NCBI RefSeq assembly: GCF_000737315.1
Contig: NZ_JMCB01000008.1
Span: 20,001 to 82,000 of the forward strand
DNA length: 62,000 nucleotides
Reading direction: 5' to 3'
Source: Hyalangium minutum
GTDB taxonomy: Bacteria > Myxococcota > Myxococcia > Myxococcales > Myxococcaceae
Below, piece after piece: positions 52,997 through 62,000 of the stretch (within the stretch, counting starts at the first letter, position 1; every line of letters begins with the position of its first letter). The translations under genes and the position numbers were made by a program. The notes beneath the pieces are model-generated. The model had not been told where the DNA came from. It made no database searches and saw only the letters and a list, made by a program, of their open reading frames with translations.

Positions 52997-54160
52997 TCAG
53001 AACCGCGCCTGAAGGAGCAGATCCTCTCCGAGCTGCTCGAAGGTGACGTCCTTCAACTGAAGGGCCTGGGACATGAGCTTCACGCCCAGCTCGCCCGACC
53101 AGGAGATGCCCTGGCTGCCAATCAGCTTGGGGGCCAGAAACAGGGCCAGCTCGTCCGCCAGCTTGTCGCGGAGGAAGGAGCCGTACATCTCCGCCCCACC
53201 CTCCACGAGCACGTGGTTGAGCCCTTGGCTGGAGATGTGGGCCAGCAAGGCCTTCAGGTCCACGCGACCGCGCTTCTCGCGCACCTGCCACACCTCCACG
53301 CCCTGCTCGATGAAGCGGCGGGCGTTGCGGCCGGTGGGATCCTCCAGCGTGGCCACCACGGTCTTCGCGGACGAGCGCTGGGTGAAGACGGTGTGCGAGG
53401 GCTTCAGGCTCAGCCGCGAGTCCACCACCACGCGCACCGGGTCCTTGCCACGGCCACTCGGCAGCCGGGTGGTGAGCTGCGGATCATCCTTCCGCACGGT
53501 ATTGGCGCCCACGAGGATGACGTCCACGCGATCGCGCAGGCGGTGGACCCATTCGCGCGCCACCGCGCCCGTCACCCAGCGCGAGTCGCCAGTAGCGGTC
53601 GCCAGCTTGCCATCGAGCGTCACCGCGGCCTTGAGCGTGACATAGGGCTTCCGGGTGCGGATGGCCTTGAAGAAGGGCCGGTTGAGGCGATCGGCTTCGG
53701 CCTTGAGGACGCCGGTGCGGACCTCGACCCCGGCGCGCCGCAGCCGGGCCACGCCCTTGCCGCTCACCAGCGGGTTGGGATCCGAGGACGCGCTGATGAC
53801 CCGGCGCACACCGGCCTCGAGGATGGCCAAGGTGCACGGAGGAGTACGCCCATAGTGGTTGCACGGCTCGAGCGTCGTGTAGAGGTCCGCGCCTCGGGCC
53901 CGAGGCCCTGCCGCAGCCAGTGCCATGACCTCGGCGTGCGCCTGGCCCGCGGGCTGGGTGTAGCCCTTCGCGATAATCCGTCCACCCTTCACCAGCACGG
54001 CGCCCACGGAGGGATTCGGGCTGGTACGGCCCAAGCCTTTGACGGCCTCTTCCAGGGCGATGCGCATGAAGAACTCGGCCACGGCCTGATCGAAGTCCGC
54101 GGCGCGCTTCGCCCGAGGGGCCCTGCTGGCCTTCAGCCGTGCCCGCGTCAGGAGCCTCAT
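52997..54160 (-). CDS. ribD: Bifunctional pyrimidine deaminase/reductase
   Basis: PNPSVG, HAE...[28 protein letters not shown] and VLVEGG motifs. Confidence 0.97.
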   Translation of the reverse strand: MRLLTRARLKASRAPRAKRAADFDQAVAEFFMRIALEEAVKGLGRTSPNPSVGAVLVKGGRIIAKGYTQPAGQAHAEVMALAAAGPRARGADLYTTLEPCNHYGRTPPCTLAILEAGVRRVISASSDPNPLVSGKGVARLRRAGVEVRTGVLKAEADRLNRPFFKAIRTRKPYVTLKAAVTLDGKLATATGDSRWVTGAVAREWVHRLRDRVDVILVGANTVRKDDPQLTTRLPSGRGKDPVRVVVDSRLSLKPSHTVFTQRSSAKTVVATLEDPTGRNARRFIEQGVEVWQVREKRGRVDLKALLAHISSQGLNHVLVEGGAEMYGSFLRDKLADELALFLAPKLIGSQGISWSGELGVKLMSQALQLKDVTFEQLGEDLLLQARF

Positions 54161-54663
54161 AACGGCTGGCCCCCCTTGCCGGTCTGGGGCTTGTTGGGCC
54201 GGCCTTCCTTGGACTGGTCCGCGAGCTCTTGCAGCTCGTTCATGAACTCGGCGATGTCGCGGAAGCTCCGGTACACGGAGGCAAAGCGCACATAGGCGAC
54301 CTCATCCAGGACGCGCAGCCGCCGCATCACCTCTTCACCGATGACGCTGGAGGCGACCTCCTTCTCGCCCATGCCCTGCAGCAGCCGCTCGATGTCCTCC
54401 ACGGTCTGCTCGACCTGATCGGCGGACACGGGCCGCTTCTCGCAGGCCTTCTTCAGGCCGTTGACGATCTTCTCCCGATCGAACGCCTCGCGCCGGCCGT
54501 CCTTCTTCACGATGAGCGGATAGAGCTCCTCCACCCGCTCGTACGTGGTGAAGCGCCGCTTGCACTGCAAGCACTCACGGCGCCGGCGGATCACCGATCC
54601 TTCATGCGACTCGCGCGAGTCGATGACCTTGTTCTCGGTGTCCTGGCAGAAGGGGCAGCGCAT
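54157..54663 (-). CDS. nrdR: Transcriptional repressor NrdR
   Basis: CPFC...VIDSR...RRRRECLQC zinc ribbon, ATP cone and AYVRFASVY. Confidence 0.97.
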   Translation of the reverse strand: MRCPFCQDTENKVIDSRESHEGSVIRRRRECLQCKRRFTTYERVEELYPLIVKKDGRREAFDREKIVNGLKKACEKRPVSADQVEQTVEDIERLLQGMGEKEVASSVIGEEVMRRLRVLDEVAYVRFASVYRSFRDIAEFMNELQELADQSKEGRPNKPQTGKGGQPL

Positions 54664-54688
54664 CGGGGGATGAAGCGGAGCTCAGACC

Positions 54689-55945
54689 TTACTTCAACCG
54701 CGAGGCATACAGCGGGAAGGACTTCGTCAGCTCCTTCACCTTGCCACGGACGTGCGCCAGGTGAGCCTCGTCGGAAGCGTGATCCAGCGCCTCGCCGATG
54801 AGCTGGCCGACGATGGCCATCTCGGCCTCCTTCATGCCGCGGGTGGTAATGGCGGGGGTGCCCACGCGGACGCCGGAGGCCACCGTGGGCTTCTCCGGGT
54901 CGAAGGGGATCATGTTCTTGTTCACGGTGATGCCGGCCTTGTCCAGCACCTCCTCGGCCACCTTGCCGGTGATCTTCTTGGGGCGCAGGTCCACCAGCAT
55001 GAGGTGGTTGTCCGTGCCACCCGAGCACAGGCGCAGGCCCGCCTTCTGGAGCGCCTCGGCCAGGGCCTTGGCGTTGGCGACGATCTGCCGCTGGTAGGCC
55101 TTGAACTCGGGGGTGAGCGCCTCGCGGAAGGCCACGGCCTTGGCGGCGATGACGTGCATCAGCGGACCGCCCTGGATGCCCGGGAAGATCTGGCTGTTGA
55201 CCGTCTTGGCGTACTGCTCCTTGCACAAGATGAGGCCGCCACGAGGGCCGCGCAGCGTCTTGTGCGTGGTGGAGGTGACGAACTCCGCCAGGGGCACCGG
55301 CGAGGGGTGAATGCCTGCGGCCACCAGGCCGGCGATGTGGGCCATGTCCACCATCATCGCGGCGCCCACGCTGTCGGCGATCTCGCGGAACTTGGCGAAG
55401 TCGAGGGTGCGCGGGTACGCGCTGGCGCCTACGACGATGACGCGCGGCTTGTGCTCCTGGGCCAGCGAGGCCACCTGGGCGAAGTCGATCGTCTCCGTGT
55501 CGCGGGTGAGCCCGTAGTGGACCACCTTGTAGAGCTTGCCGGAGAAGTTGAAGGCAGCGCCGTGGGTGAGGTGGCCGCCGGAGTTCAGGTCCAGCGACAG
55601 CATGGTGTCACCGGGCTTCATCAGCGCCATGTAGGCGCCCATGTTGGCCTGGCTGCCGGAGTGGGGCTGGACGTTGGCGGCCTCGGCGCCGAACAGCTCC
55701 TTGACGCGGTTGATGGCCAGGTTCTCGGCCACATCCACCACCTCGCAGCCGCCGTAGTAGCGCTTGCCCGGGTAGCCCTCGGCGTACTTGTTGGTGAGCA
55801 CCGAGCCCACGGCCGTCATCACCGCCGGGCTGACGAAGTTCTCCGAGGCGATGAGCTCCAGTCCCTGCTCCTGGCGCTCCGTCTCCTGACGGACGACCTG
55901 GGCGATCTCGGGATCAACCTCTGCCAGCGTACGGGTGTTCTCCAT
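54689..55945 (-). CDS. glyA: Serine hydroxymethyltransferase
   Basis: [43 protein letters not shown] and SGVRVGTP motifs. Confidence 0.98.
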   Translation of the reverse strand: MENTRTLAEVDPEIAQVVRQETERQEQGLELIASENFVSPAVMTAVGSVLTNKYAEGYPGKRYYGGCEVVDVAENLAINRVKELFGAEAANVQPHSGSQANMGAYMALMKPGDTMLSLDLNSGGHLTHGAAFNFSGKLYKVVHYGLTRDTETIDFAQVASLAQEHKPRVIVVGASAYPRTLDFAKFREIADSVGAAMMVDMAHIAGLVAAGIHPSPVPLAEFVTSTTHKTLRGPRGGLILCKEQYAKTVNSQIFPGIQGGPLMHVIAAKAVAFREALTPEFKAYQRQIVANAKALAEALQKAGLRLCSGGTDNHLMLVDLRPKKITGKVAEEVLDKAGITVNKNMIPFDPEKPTVASGVRVGTPAITTRGMKEAEMAIVGQLIGEALDHASDEAHLAHVRGKVKELTKSFPLYASRLK

Positions 55946-55980
55946 GGGGTGCCTCGACAGGTGAGAGGTTCAGATGGGCC

Positions 55981-56424
55981 TTAGCGCTCGGACTCAGCCT
56001 CGCGGATCTTCTGGACGCGCTGCTCGTGCCGGCCGCCCGCGAAGGGGGTGGCCAGGAAGGCCTCGAGGATGGCCTGGGCAACACCGGAGCCCACCACCCG
56101 CTGCCCCAGGCACAGCACGTTGGCGTCATTGTGAGCGCGGGCCATCCGCGCCTCATACTCGGTGGTGCACAGGGCGGCGCGCACGCCCTTGTACTTGTTG
56201 GCCACGATGCTCATGCCGATGCCCGTGCCGCACACCAGCACGCCGTGGGTGTACTGCCCGGCGGCGACTGCGCGAGCCACCCGGGTGGCGAAGTCCGGGT
56301 AGTCCACGGACTCGCGTGAGGTGGGGCCCACGTCCTCGAAGGCAACACCGCGCTCCCGGAGCCCGTCCACCAGCGCCTGGCGGAGCTCGAGCCCCGCGTG
56401 GTCGGATGCCAGGATGATCTTCAC
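55981..56424 (-). CDS. rpiB: Ribose 5-phosphate isomerase B
   Basis: SDHAG, VDYPD, CGTGIGMSI.ANK, HNDANVL and GGRH..RV motifs. Confidence 0.96.
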   Translation of the reverse strand: MKIILASDHAGLELRQALVDGLRERGVAFEDVGPTSRESVDYPDFATRVARAVAAGQYTHGVLVCGTGIGMSIVANKYKGVRAALCTTEYEARMARAHNDANVLCLGQRVVGSGVAQAILEAFLATPFAGGRHEQRVQKIREAESER

Positions 56425-56454
56425 GCGGGGCTCCTCCCTGGGGAGCGGAACGCT

Positions 56455-57711
56455 CTACTTGAAGCGCCGGAACAGCAGCACCGCGTTGGTGCCACCGAAG
56501 CCGAACGAGTTGCTCATGGCCGCATCGACCCGGATCTCGCGCGGCTGGTTCGGCACGTAGTCCAGATCGCACTCCGGGTCAGGCGTGGTGTAGTTGATGG
56601 TCGGGGGCAGCACGCCGCGCAGCAGGGCCAGCACACTGACGACGGCCTCGGCGCCACCGGCCGCGCCGAGCATGTGCCCAGTCATCGACTTGGTGGAGGA
56701 CACGGCCACCTTCTTGGCGTGCGCGCCAAAGACGGCCTTGATGGCCTTGGACTCGTTGGCGTCGTTGTACGGGGTAGAGGTGCCGTGGGCGTTGATGTAG
56801 CCCACCTCCTCCGGGTTGAGCCCCGACGAGGCCAGCGCCAGGCGCATGCAGCGGGCCGCGCCCTCGCCCTCGGGGGCCGGCGCGGTGACGTGGTTGGCGT
56901 CCGAGTTGGCGCCGTAGCCCACCAGCTCCGCGAGGATGGTGGCGCCGCGCTTCTTGGCCGACTCCAGCTCCTCCAGGATGACGATGCCGGCGCCCTCACC
57001 CATCACGAAGCCATCACGGTCCTTGTCGAACGGGCGGCTGGCGGCGGAGGGGTTGTCGTTGTGCGTGGACAGCGCCTTCATCACCGAGAAGCCACCCATG
57101 CCCAGCGGGGTGATGGCGGCCTCGGCGCCACCGGCGATCACCGCGTCACACTCGCCCAGGCGGATGGACTTCCAGGCCTCGCCAATGGCATGGGCGCTGG
57201 TGGCGCAGGCGGACACCGGGGACCAGTTGGGACCCTTGGCGCCGTACCGGATGGAGATCAGCCCGGGCGCCATGTTGATGATCATCTGAATGATGAAGAA
57301 GGGCGACAGCCGGTCAAACCCCTTCTCCAGGCCCTTCTTGTGCTGCTCCTCGAGCGAAGCGATGCCGCCAATGCCCGAACCGACGATGACGCCAACGCGC
57401 TCCTGCTGGTAGCCGTGCGGCTTGTCCGTGCCGATGGGAAGGCCGCTCTCCTTCACGGCCATCTCGGCGGCGGCCACCGCGTACTGGGCGAACAGGTCCA
57501 TCCGGCGCACTTCGCGCTTGTCCATGTACTGCTCGGGGACGAAGTCCTTCACCTCACCCGCGAACCGCGTGTCGAGCTTGCCGACATCGAAGCGGGTGAT
57601 GGGCGCGATGCCCGACTTACCGGCGAGCATCGCCTGCCAGTTCTTCTCGGTCCCGGTACCCAGTGCCGTGATCAACCCGGTACCCGTGACGACGACTCGA
57701 CGGTTTGACAC
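56455..57711 (-). CDS. fabF: Beta-ketoacyl-ACP synthase II
   Basis: RRVVVTG N-terminus and the Cys/His/His triad in [15 protein letters not shown] and KSMTGH. GTG 57711 follows GGAGAGG. Confidence 0.96.
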   Translation of the reverse strand: MSNRRVVVTGTGLITALGTGTEKNWQAMLAGKSGIAPITRFDVGKLDTRFAGEVKDFVPEQYMDKREVRRMDLFAQYAVAAAEMAVKESGLPIGTDKPHGYQQERVGVIVGSGIGGIASLEEQHKKGLEKGFDRLSPFFIIQMIINMAPGLISIRYGAKGPNWSPVSACATSAHAIGEAWKSIRLGECDAVIAGGAEAAITPLGMGGFSVMKALSTHNDNPSAASRPFDKDRDGFVMGEGAGIVILEELESAKKRGATILAELVGYGANSDANHVTAPAPEGEGAARCMRLALASSGLNPEEVGYINAHGTSTPYNDANESKAIKAVFGAHAKKVAVSSTKSMTGHMLGAAGGAEAVVSVLALLRGVLPPTINYTTPDPECDLDYVPNQPREIRVDAAMSNSFGFGGTNAVLLFRRFK

Positions 57712-57803
57712 GTTCCTCTCCAACAGGGTGGCTGCAACGACAGCGCGCGCGGCCACGGGAACGCTGGAGGCCAGCGTTCCTCCGGCCCGGCCACGCAAAC
57801 GCC

Positions 57804-58055
57804 TTACTTCTTATCGTTCTTGTGGGTGTTGATGTAGTTGACGGCGTCAGCGACGGTCTTGATGTTCTCGGCCTCCTCGTCGGGGATCTCGACCTCGAAC
57901 TCCTCCTCCATCGCCATCACGAGCTCCACGATGTCGAGGCTGTCGGCGCCAAGGTCCTCAATAAAGGAGGACTCGGGCTTGATCTCCTCCTCCCCCACCC
58001 CGAGCTGGTCGGCGATGATGGACTTGACCTTGGACTCGATAGTTGCGTTCGACAT
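57804..58055 (-). CDS. acpP: Acyl carrier protein
   Basis: [20 protein letters not shown] phosphopantetheine site. ATG 58055 follows GGAGG. Confidence 0.98.
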   Translation of the reverse strand: MSNATIESKVKSIIADQLGVGEEEIKPESSFIEDLGADSLDIVELVMAMEEEFEVEIPDEEAENIKTVADAVNYINTHKNDKK

Positions 58056-58124
58056 AAGTGCTGAATCCTCCAGGAACCATGTGGGGGCCCGCCCTACTTC
58101 CCGGGCCCAATCAAAGGCGGGCGC

Positions 58125-58153
58125 GGTATATCCCACGACCGCCAGCAATCCAA
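58125..58153 (-). promoter_or_regulatory. Putative internal sigma70-type promoter for acpP-fabF
   Basis: Minus strand reads TTGGAT-N17-TATACC in the fabG-acpP gap. Confidence 0.5.
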
Positions 58154-58160
58154 CCGTGGG

Positions 58161-58907
58161 CTACATGTACATGCCGCCATTCACCTTCAGGACTTCTCCG
58201 GTGATGTAGGCGGCCGAATCGCTGGCCAGGAATACCACAGCGTTGGCCACCTCTTCCGGGGTGCCCAGACGGGCCAGCGGAATGGTCTCCACCATCTTCT
58301 TACGCATCTCGTCATTGATGCTCGCCGTCATGTCCGTGCCAATGAAGCCCGGAGAGACAGCGTTGACGCGGATGTTGCGGCTGGCCAGTTCCTTGGCCAC
58401 CGACTTGGTCAGGCCAATGAGGCCCGCCTTGGAGGCGGAGTAAGCGGCCTGTCCCCCATTGCCCGACTCGCCGACAATGGAGGTGAGGTTGATGATGGCC
58501 CCGCTGCGCTGCTTCATCATCGGCCGGCTGGCGGCGCGGATGAGCGCAAAGGCGCCCTTGAGGTTGGTGTCCAACTGCTTGTCCCAGTCCTCGTCCTTCA
58601 TCCGCATGACCAGGCCGTCCACGGCCACGCCCGCGTTGTTGACGAGCACGTCCAGCCGGCCGTGCGTCTTGACGAGGGTATCCACGGCGGAGGCGCACGC
58701 GGCGGTGTCCGCCACGTCGAACTTCACGGCCTCGGCCTTGGCGCCCGCCTCCTGGACGAGCTTGACCGACTCCTGAGCCGCCGCCTCGTTGCCGGCATAG
58801 TTGACGACGACCACGGCAGCGCCCGCCTTGGCGAACGCCACCGCGCACGCCCGGCCAATGCCGCGCGAGCCACCGGTTACCAGAACCACCTTGTCCTTGA
58901 AGCTCAT
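58161..58907 (-). CDS. fabG: 3-oxoacyl-ACP reductase
   Basis: TGGSRGIG, NNAG, YSASK and GEVLKVNGGMYM motifs. ATG 58907 overlaps the fabD stop. Confidence 0.97.
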   Translation of the reverse strand: MSFKDKVVLVTGGSRGIGRACAVAFAKAGAAVVVVNYAGNEAAAQESVKLVQEAGAKAEAVKFDVADTAACASAVDTLVKTHGRLDVLVNNAGVAVDGLVMRMKDEDWDKQLDTNLKGAFALIRAASRPMMKQRSGAIINLTSIVGESGNGGQAAYSASKAGLIGLTKSVAKELASRNIRVNAVSPGFIGTDMTASINDEMRKKMVETIPLARLGTPEEVANAVVFLASDSAAYITGEVLKVNGGMYM

Positions 58908-59842
58908 GCTGCCCCCAGCGCCGCCAGCGTCTTCTCGAGGCTCGCGGCGTCTTCGACGTTGAACGTCTCGATGTCCTTGCTGATGCGCTTGACGAGCCCG
59001 GCCAGCACCTTGCCCGGCCCCAGCTCCACCACGCGCGTCACTCCTGCGGCCTTGAGGGCCTCCACGCACTCGATCCAGCGGACCGGCGCGCTGACCTGCT
59101 CCAGCAGCAGCGGCACCACGCGGGCGGCGTCGCTGTTGGGCTGGGCCTCCACGTTGGTCACCACAGGAATGCGAGGCGCGGCCACCTTCACCTTGCCGAG
59201 CGCCTCGGCCAGCAGGGGTTTCACCGAATCCATCAGCGCGCAGTGGAAAGGCGCGGACACCGGCAGGGGCATCACGCGCTTGGCGCCCGCCTCCTTGAGC
59301 ATGACTGAGGCGCGGGACACCGCAGAAGCATGGCCGGCGATGACCGTCTGCTCGGGCGAGTTGTAGTTGGCAGGAGCCACCACCTCGCCCTGCGCCGCCG
59401 CATCACAGGCCGCCTTCACCTTGTCCGGCTCCAGGCCCAGCACGGCCGCCATGGCGCCGACACCTGAAGGCACGGCCTCCTGCATGAAGGTGCCACGGGC
59501 ACGAACGGCCCGGACGGCATCCGCCAGCGGCAGCGAGCTCGCGGCCACCAGCGCCGAGTACTCCCCGAGCGAGTGCCCGGCGACGAAGGCGGGCTCCTGC
59601 ACGCGCTTGGAGAACACCGCATGCACGGCCAGAGACACGGTGAGGATCGCCGGCTGGGTGTTGGCGGTGAGCTTCAGCGCCTCCTCGGGCCCCTCGAAGC
59701 ACAGGGTGGACAGCTTCTCACGCAGCGCATCGTCCACAGCCTCGAAGACAGCGCGGGCCTCGGGGAACTTCTCGAGCAGGTCCTTCCCCATGCCCACCTT
59801 CTGGCTGCCCTGGCCGGGGAAGACGAAAGCAATCTTCGACAT
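58904..59842 (-). CDS. fabD: Malonyl CoA-ACP transacylase
   Basis: FPGQGSQ, GHSLGEY, ANYNSPEQTVIAG and VSAPFH motifs. Confidence 0.97.
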   Translation of the reverse strand: MSKIAFVFPGQGSQKVGMGKDLLEKFPEARAVFEAVDDALREKLSTLCFEGPEEALKLTANTQPAILTVSLAVHAVFSKRVQEPAFVAGHSLGEYSALVAASSLPLADAVRAVRARGTFMQEAVPSGVGAMAAVLGLEPDKVKAACDAAAQGEVVAPANYNSPEQTVIAGHASAVSRASVMLKEAGAKRVMPLPVSAPFHCALMDSVKPLLAEALGKVKVAAPRIPVVTNVEAQPNSDAARVVPLLLEQVSAPVRWIECVEALKAAGVTRVVELGPGKVLAGLVKRISKDIETFNVEDAASLEKTLAALGAA

Positions 59843-59874
59843 GTGTCCTCAAACCCTCCCTGACTGCTCTGGGG

Positions 59875-60858
59875 TCACCAGCGCACGACGGCGCTGCCCC
59901 ATGCCATCCCCGCTCCCACCGCCATGATGGCGACGAGGTCCCCGCGCTTGATCTTTCCAGCACGGACGGCCTCATCCAATGCAATGGGCACCGAGGCGGC
60001 GGACGTGTTGCCGTATTTATCGAGGTTGATCCAGCACTTCTCGATCGGGATCTCGATGCGCTGGAGCACCGCCTCGAGGATGCGCATGTTGGCCTGGTGG
60101 ACGATGACGTAATCCACCTGCTGGGGCGTGTAGCCGTGAACCTTGAGCGACTCCAGCGTGATGCCTGTCAGCTCACGCACGGCGCACTTGAAGACCTCGC
60201 GGCCGTTCATGACCACCTTGTGGCGCTGCTCGCGGAGGTTGTCCTCGGTCAGCGGCTCTCGGGAGCCGCCCGCGGGGACGGTGAGGATCTCCGCCAGCGT
60301 GCCGTCCGTGCGCAGGTGGGTGGAGAGGATGCCGCGCCCCTCCTCCTGGGCAGGCGCCAGGACCATGGCCCCGGCCCCGTCGCCAAAGAGGACACAGGTG
60401 TTGCGGTCCTTCCAGTTGAGCAGGCCGGTGAACAGGTCCGCGCCGATCACGAGCGCCCGCTTCGCCTGCCCCGAGCGGACGAACTGCTCCGCCACCGACA
60501 GGGCGTACACCGAGCCCGCGCACGCGGCGGCCACATCGAAGGCAAACGCCTTCTTGGCCCCCAGCTTCGCCTGAACGAGCACCGCGCAGGACGGCATGGG
60601 CATGTCTGGCGTGATGGTCCCCACCACGATCAGATCGATGTCCTCGGGGGCGACCCCGGCCATCTCCAGCGCCTTGCGAGCGGCAGCGACGGCCATGTCG
60701 CTTGTCGCCTCGCCGGGTGCGGCTCTGCGACGCTCCTTGATGCCCGTCCGCTCGGTAATCCAAGCGTCGGACGTATCGACGACCTTCTCGAGATCGTGAT
60801 TGGTAATGACCTGGGCTGGAGCGTAGGAACCCGTTCCGATGATCTGCGCGAGGGGCAC
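59875..60858 (-). CDS. fabH: Beta-ketoacyl-ACP synthase III
   Basis: TGIKERR, catalytic Cys in AACAGS, His in HQAN, Asn in GNTSAAS, and LFGDGAGA. Confidence 0.95.
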   Translation of the reverse strand: MPLAQIIGTGSYAPAQVITNHDLEKVVDTSDAWITERTGIKERRRAAPGEATSDMAVAAARKALEMAGVAPEDIDLIVVGTITPDMPMPSCAVLVQAKLGAKKAFAFDVAAACAGSVYALSVAEQFVRSGQAKRALVIGADLFTGLLNWKDRNTCVLFGDGAGAMVLAPAQEEGRGILSTHLRTDGTLAEILTVPAGGSREPLTEDNLREQRHKVVMNGREVFKCAVRELTGITLESLKVHGYTPQQVDYVIVHQANMRILEAVLQRIEIPIEKCWINLDKYGNTSAASVPIALDEAVRAGKIKRGDLVAIMAVGAGMAWGSAVVRW

Positions 60859-61129
60859 GTGGTACTCCCGAAGTGTCGTCGGAACACAACGCCGAGCGCG
60901 GCGTCTCTAATCGGAAATACCGCCCACTGTCGCTCTTTTTCCTATCTGGTCAGCGGGCGGCCGAGCAGCGCCCGGCAACGTAGCGAGCCTCCCTGACACC
61001 CGGCGGCGCGCCCCAGAGTGGGCACACCCGACGGACTTCACGGGAGGACATAGCCATGCCCGGACGCCGCGAGCGTTGCGCGGCGCGGCGCGGCGCGGCG
61101 AGCAGACCTCAGGATAAACGGGCAGCGTT

Positions 61130-61156
61130 CCTGGGCGGGCTCGAGGCCCGCCCAGG
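61130..61156. terminator. Perfect 11-bp GC hairpin downstream of rpmF
   Basis: CCTGGGCGGGC-TCGAG-GCCCGCCCAGG, 27 nt past the rpmF stop. No clear U tract. Confidence 0.5.
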
Positions 61157-61183
61157 CGAGGAGGAGCCTGGAAGGCGCCTCAC

Positions 61184-61366
61184 CTACTCCGTGGCGATGA
61201 CTTCACGGCCACCATAGTTACCGCAGGCGGCGCAGGCGCGGTGCGGCAGCACCGGCTCCTTGCACTTGGCGCACTTGATGACCTGCACGGCGGAGCGCAG
61301 GTTGTTGTTGGCCGCGCGACGGCGATCCCGGCGCATCTTCGACGTCCGCTTCTTGGGAACTCCCAC
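61184..61366 (-). CDS. rpmF: 50S ribosomal protein L32 (zinc-ribbon type)
   Basis: VPKKRTSK.RRDRRR...CAKC...PHRACAACG.YGGREV. Confidence 0.97.
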   Translation of the reverse strand: MGVPKKRTSKMRRDRRRAANNNLRSAVQVIKCAKCKEPVLPHRACAACGNYGGREVIATE

Positions 61367-61375
61367 GACTCACCT

Positions 61376-61966
61376 CTAGTTCAGCTTGATGTTCATGAGC
61401 GGCGCGAGCCGAGGGTCGATGACCTTCGTCTCGCAACCACACTGCTTCTCGTTGAGGTTCTGGCCACACTGCGCGCAGAGCCCCTTGCAGTCCTCACGGC
61501 AGACTGCGTTCATCGGGAGGGCGAGCAATACCTGCTCTCGGATGATCGGATCCAGATCGATCGTCTTGCCGTCGAACACTTCCTCGTCGGCATCCTCCAA
61601 CTCAAAGGAACCGGCCGTCTCCCCCTGCCCGCGATCATCGTCCGTCGCCTTCTCGCCCCCCACGTCATCACCCCGGACGAGCGACTCAGGGACCAGGTTG
61701 ATCGTGAAGGCCACGGGCAGGTCCAGCGTCACGTCCACGAGGCAGCGCTTGCACGGCGCGGCCATATGGGCCGTGAACTTCCCCTCCACCAGCACTCCGC
61801 CGCTCACCTTCCGCAAGGACGCATGAAGCGTCGAGGGACGGGTCGCCCGGAAGCCGGTGTCCCGGCCAGCCCCTGCCCCAGTGAGTACCTCCTGGAGCAG
61901 CTCGAGACCGATGGGCTCATCCAGCTTGAGCCCCGGCTCTTGAATTTGTTCAATCTTTACGAGCAT
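61376..61966 (-). CDS. yceD: YceD/DUF177 family protein
   Basis: PCKRCL, IDLDPIIREQVLLALPM..VCREDCKGLC..CG.NLN...C.C and DPRLAPL motifs. Lies directly upstream of rpmF. Confidence 0.93.
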   Translation of the reverse strand: MLVKIEQIQEPGLKLDEPIGLELLQEVLTGAGAGRDTGFRATRPSTLHASLRKVSGGVLVEGKFTAHMAAPCKRCLVDVTLDLPVAFTINLVPESLVRGDDVGGEKATDDDRGQGETAGSFELEDADEEVFDGKTIDLDPIIREQVLLALPMNAVCREDCKGLCAQCGQNLNEKQCGCETKVIDPRLAPLMNIKLN

Positions 61967-62000
61967 CTACAAGGCGTCCAGACAAAAGGGCGCGCAACAT

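Noticed and set aside
54157-54688. FMN riboswitch controlling the rib genes
   Set aside because: nrdR overlaps ribD, the glyA-nrdR gap is only 25 nt, and no RFN consensus is visible.
57804-58148. Extended N-termini in the ORF track (acpP 114 aa; similarly fabG, fabF, ribB, the OmpA gene, the TPR gene, cheW and the ABC permease)
   Set aside because: Better starts with an SD or stop/start overlap lie downstream, at the position where family homology begins.
61081-61100. (CGGCG)4 simple repeat as a phase-variation tract
   Set aside because: Short, intergenic, not within an evident promoter or CDS, and expected by chance at this GC content.
61056-61217. 53-codon plus-strand ORF after a GGAGG
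   Set aside because: Runs antisense into rpmF, crosses a hairpin and a simple repeat, and has random Arg/Ala/Gly-rich composition.

Overview
This is a GC-rich myxobacterial (Myxococcales, Cystobacterineae-like) chromosomal window, almost all on the minus strand and mostly core genome. From left to right it contains: a GT2 polyprenol-phosphate sugar transferase and marC; an OmpA-domain gene with a lipoprotein; an outer-membrane biogenesis block (lysS, lolC/E-type permease, lolD, bamA, skp, lpxD, fabZ, lpxA, lpxI); an ECF sigma/zinc anti-sigma pair with a predicted autoregulatory promoter; prfB with its +1 programmed frameshift; a DUF4105 (Lnb-like) gene sitting between ybeY and prfB; phoH, a 7TM-HD gene and a cupin-ybeY fusion; a TPR/DUF4388 pair; mazG, rpsT, lptE and leuS. 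An accessory stretch at about 31-41 kb holds a large Ig-repeat/choice-of-anchor A lipoprotein, a MYXO-CTERM surface protein, an orphan UbiA/MenA prenyltransferase behind a palindrome-rich promoter, and an ABC exporter. After it come a chemosensory cluster with no chemoreceptor (cheY-A-W-W-HEAT-R-B-Y), the nrdR-ribD-ribE-ribB(X)-ribH-nusB block, glyA, rpiB and the yceD-rpmF-fabH-fabD-fabG-acpP-fabF cluster. I found no tRNA, rRNA, CRISPR array or IS element. The best lead is a possibly alternative lipoprotein maturation/trafficking module: an Lnb-like acyltransferase in the position lnt usually occupies, close to a LolC/E-type permease of double the usual length. All family assignments come from motif recognition by eye, with no database search.
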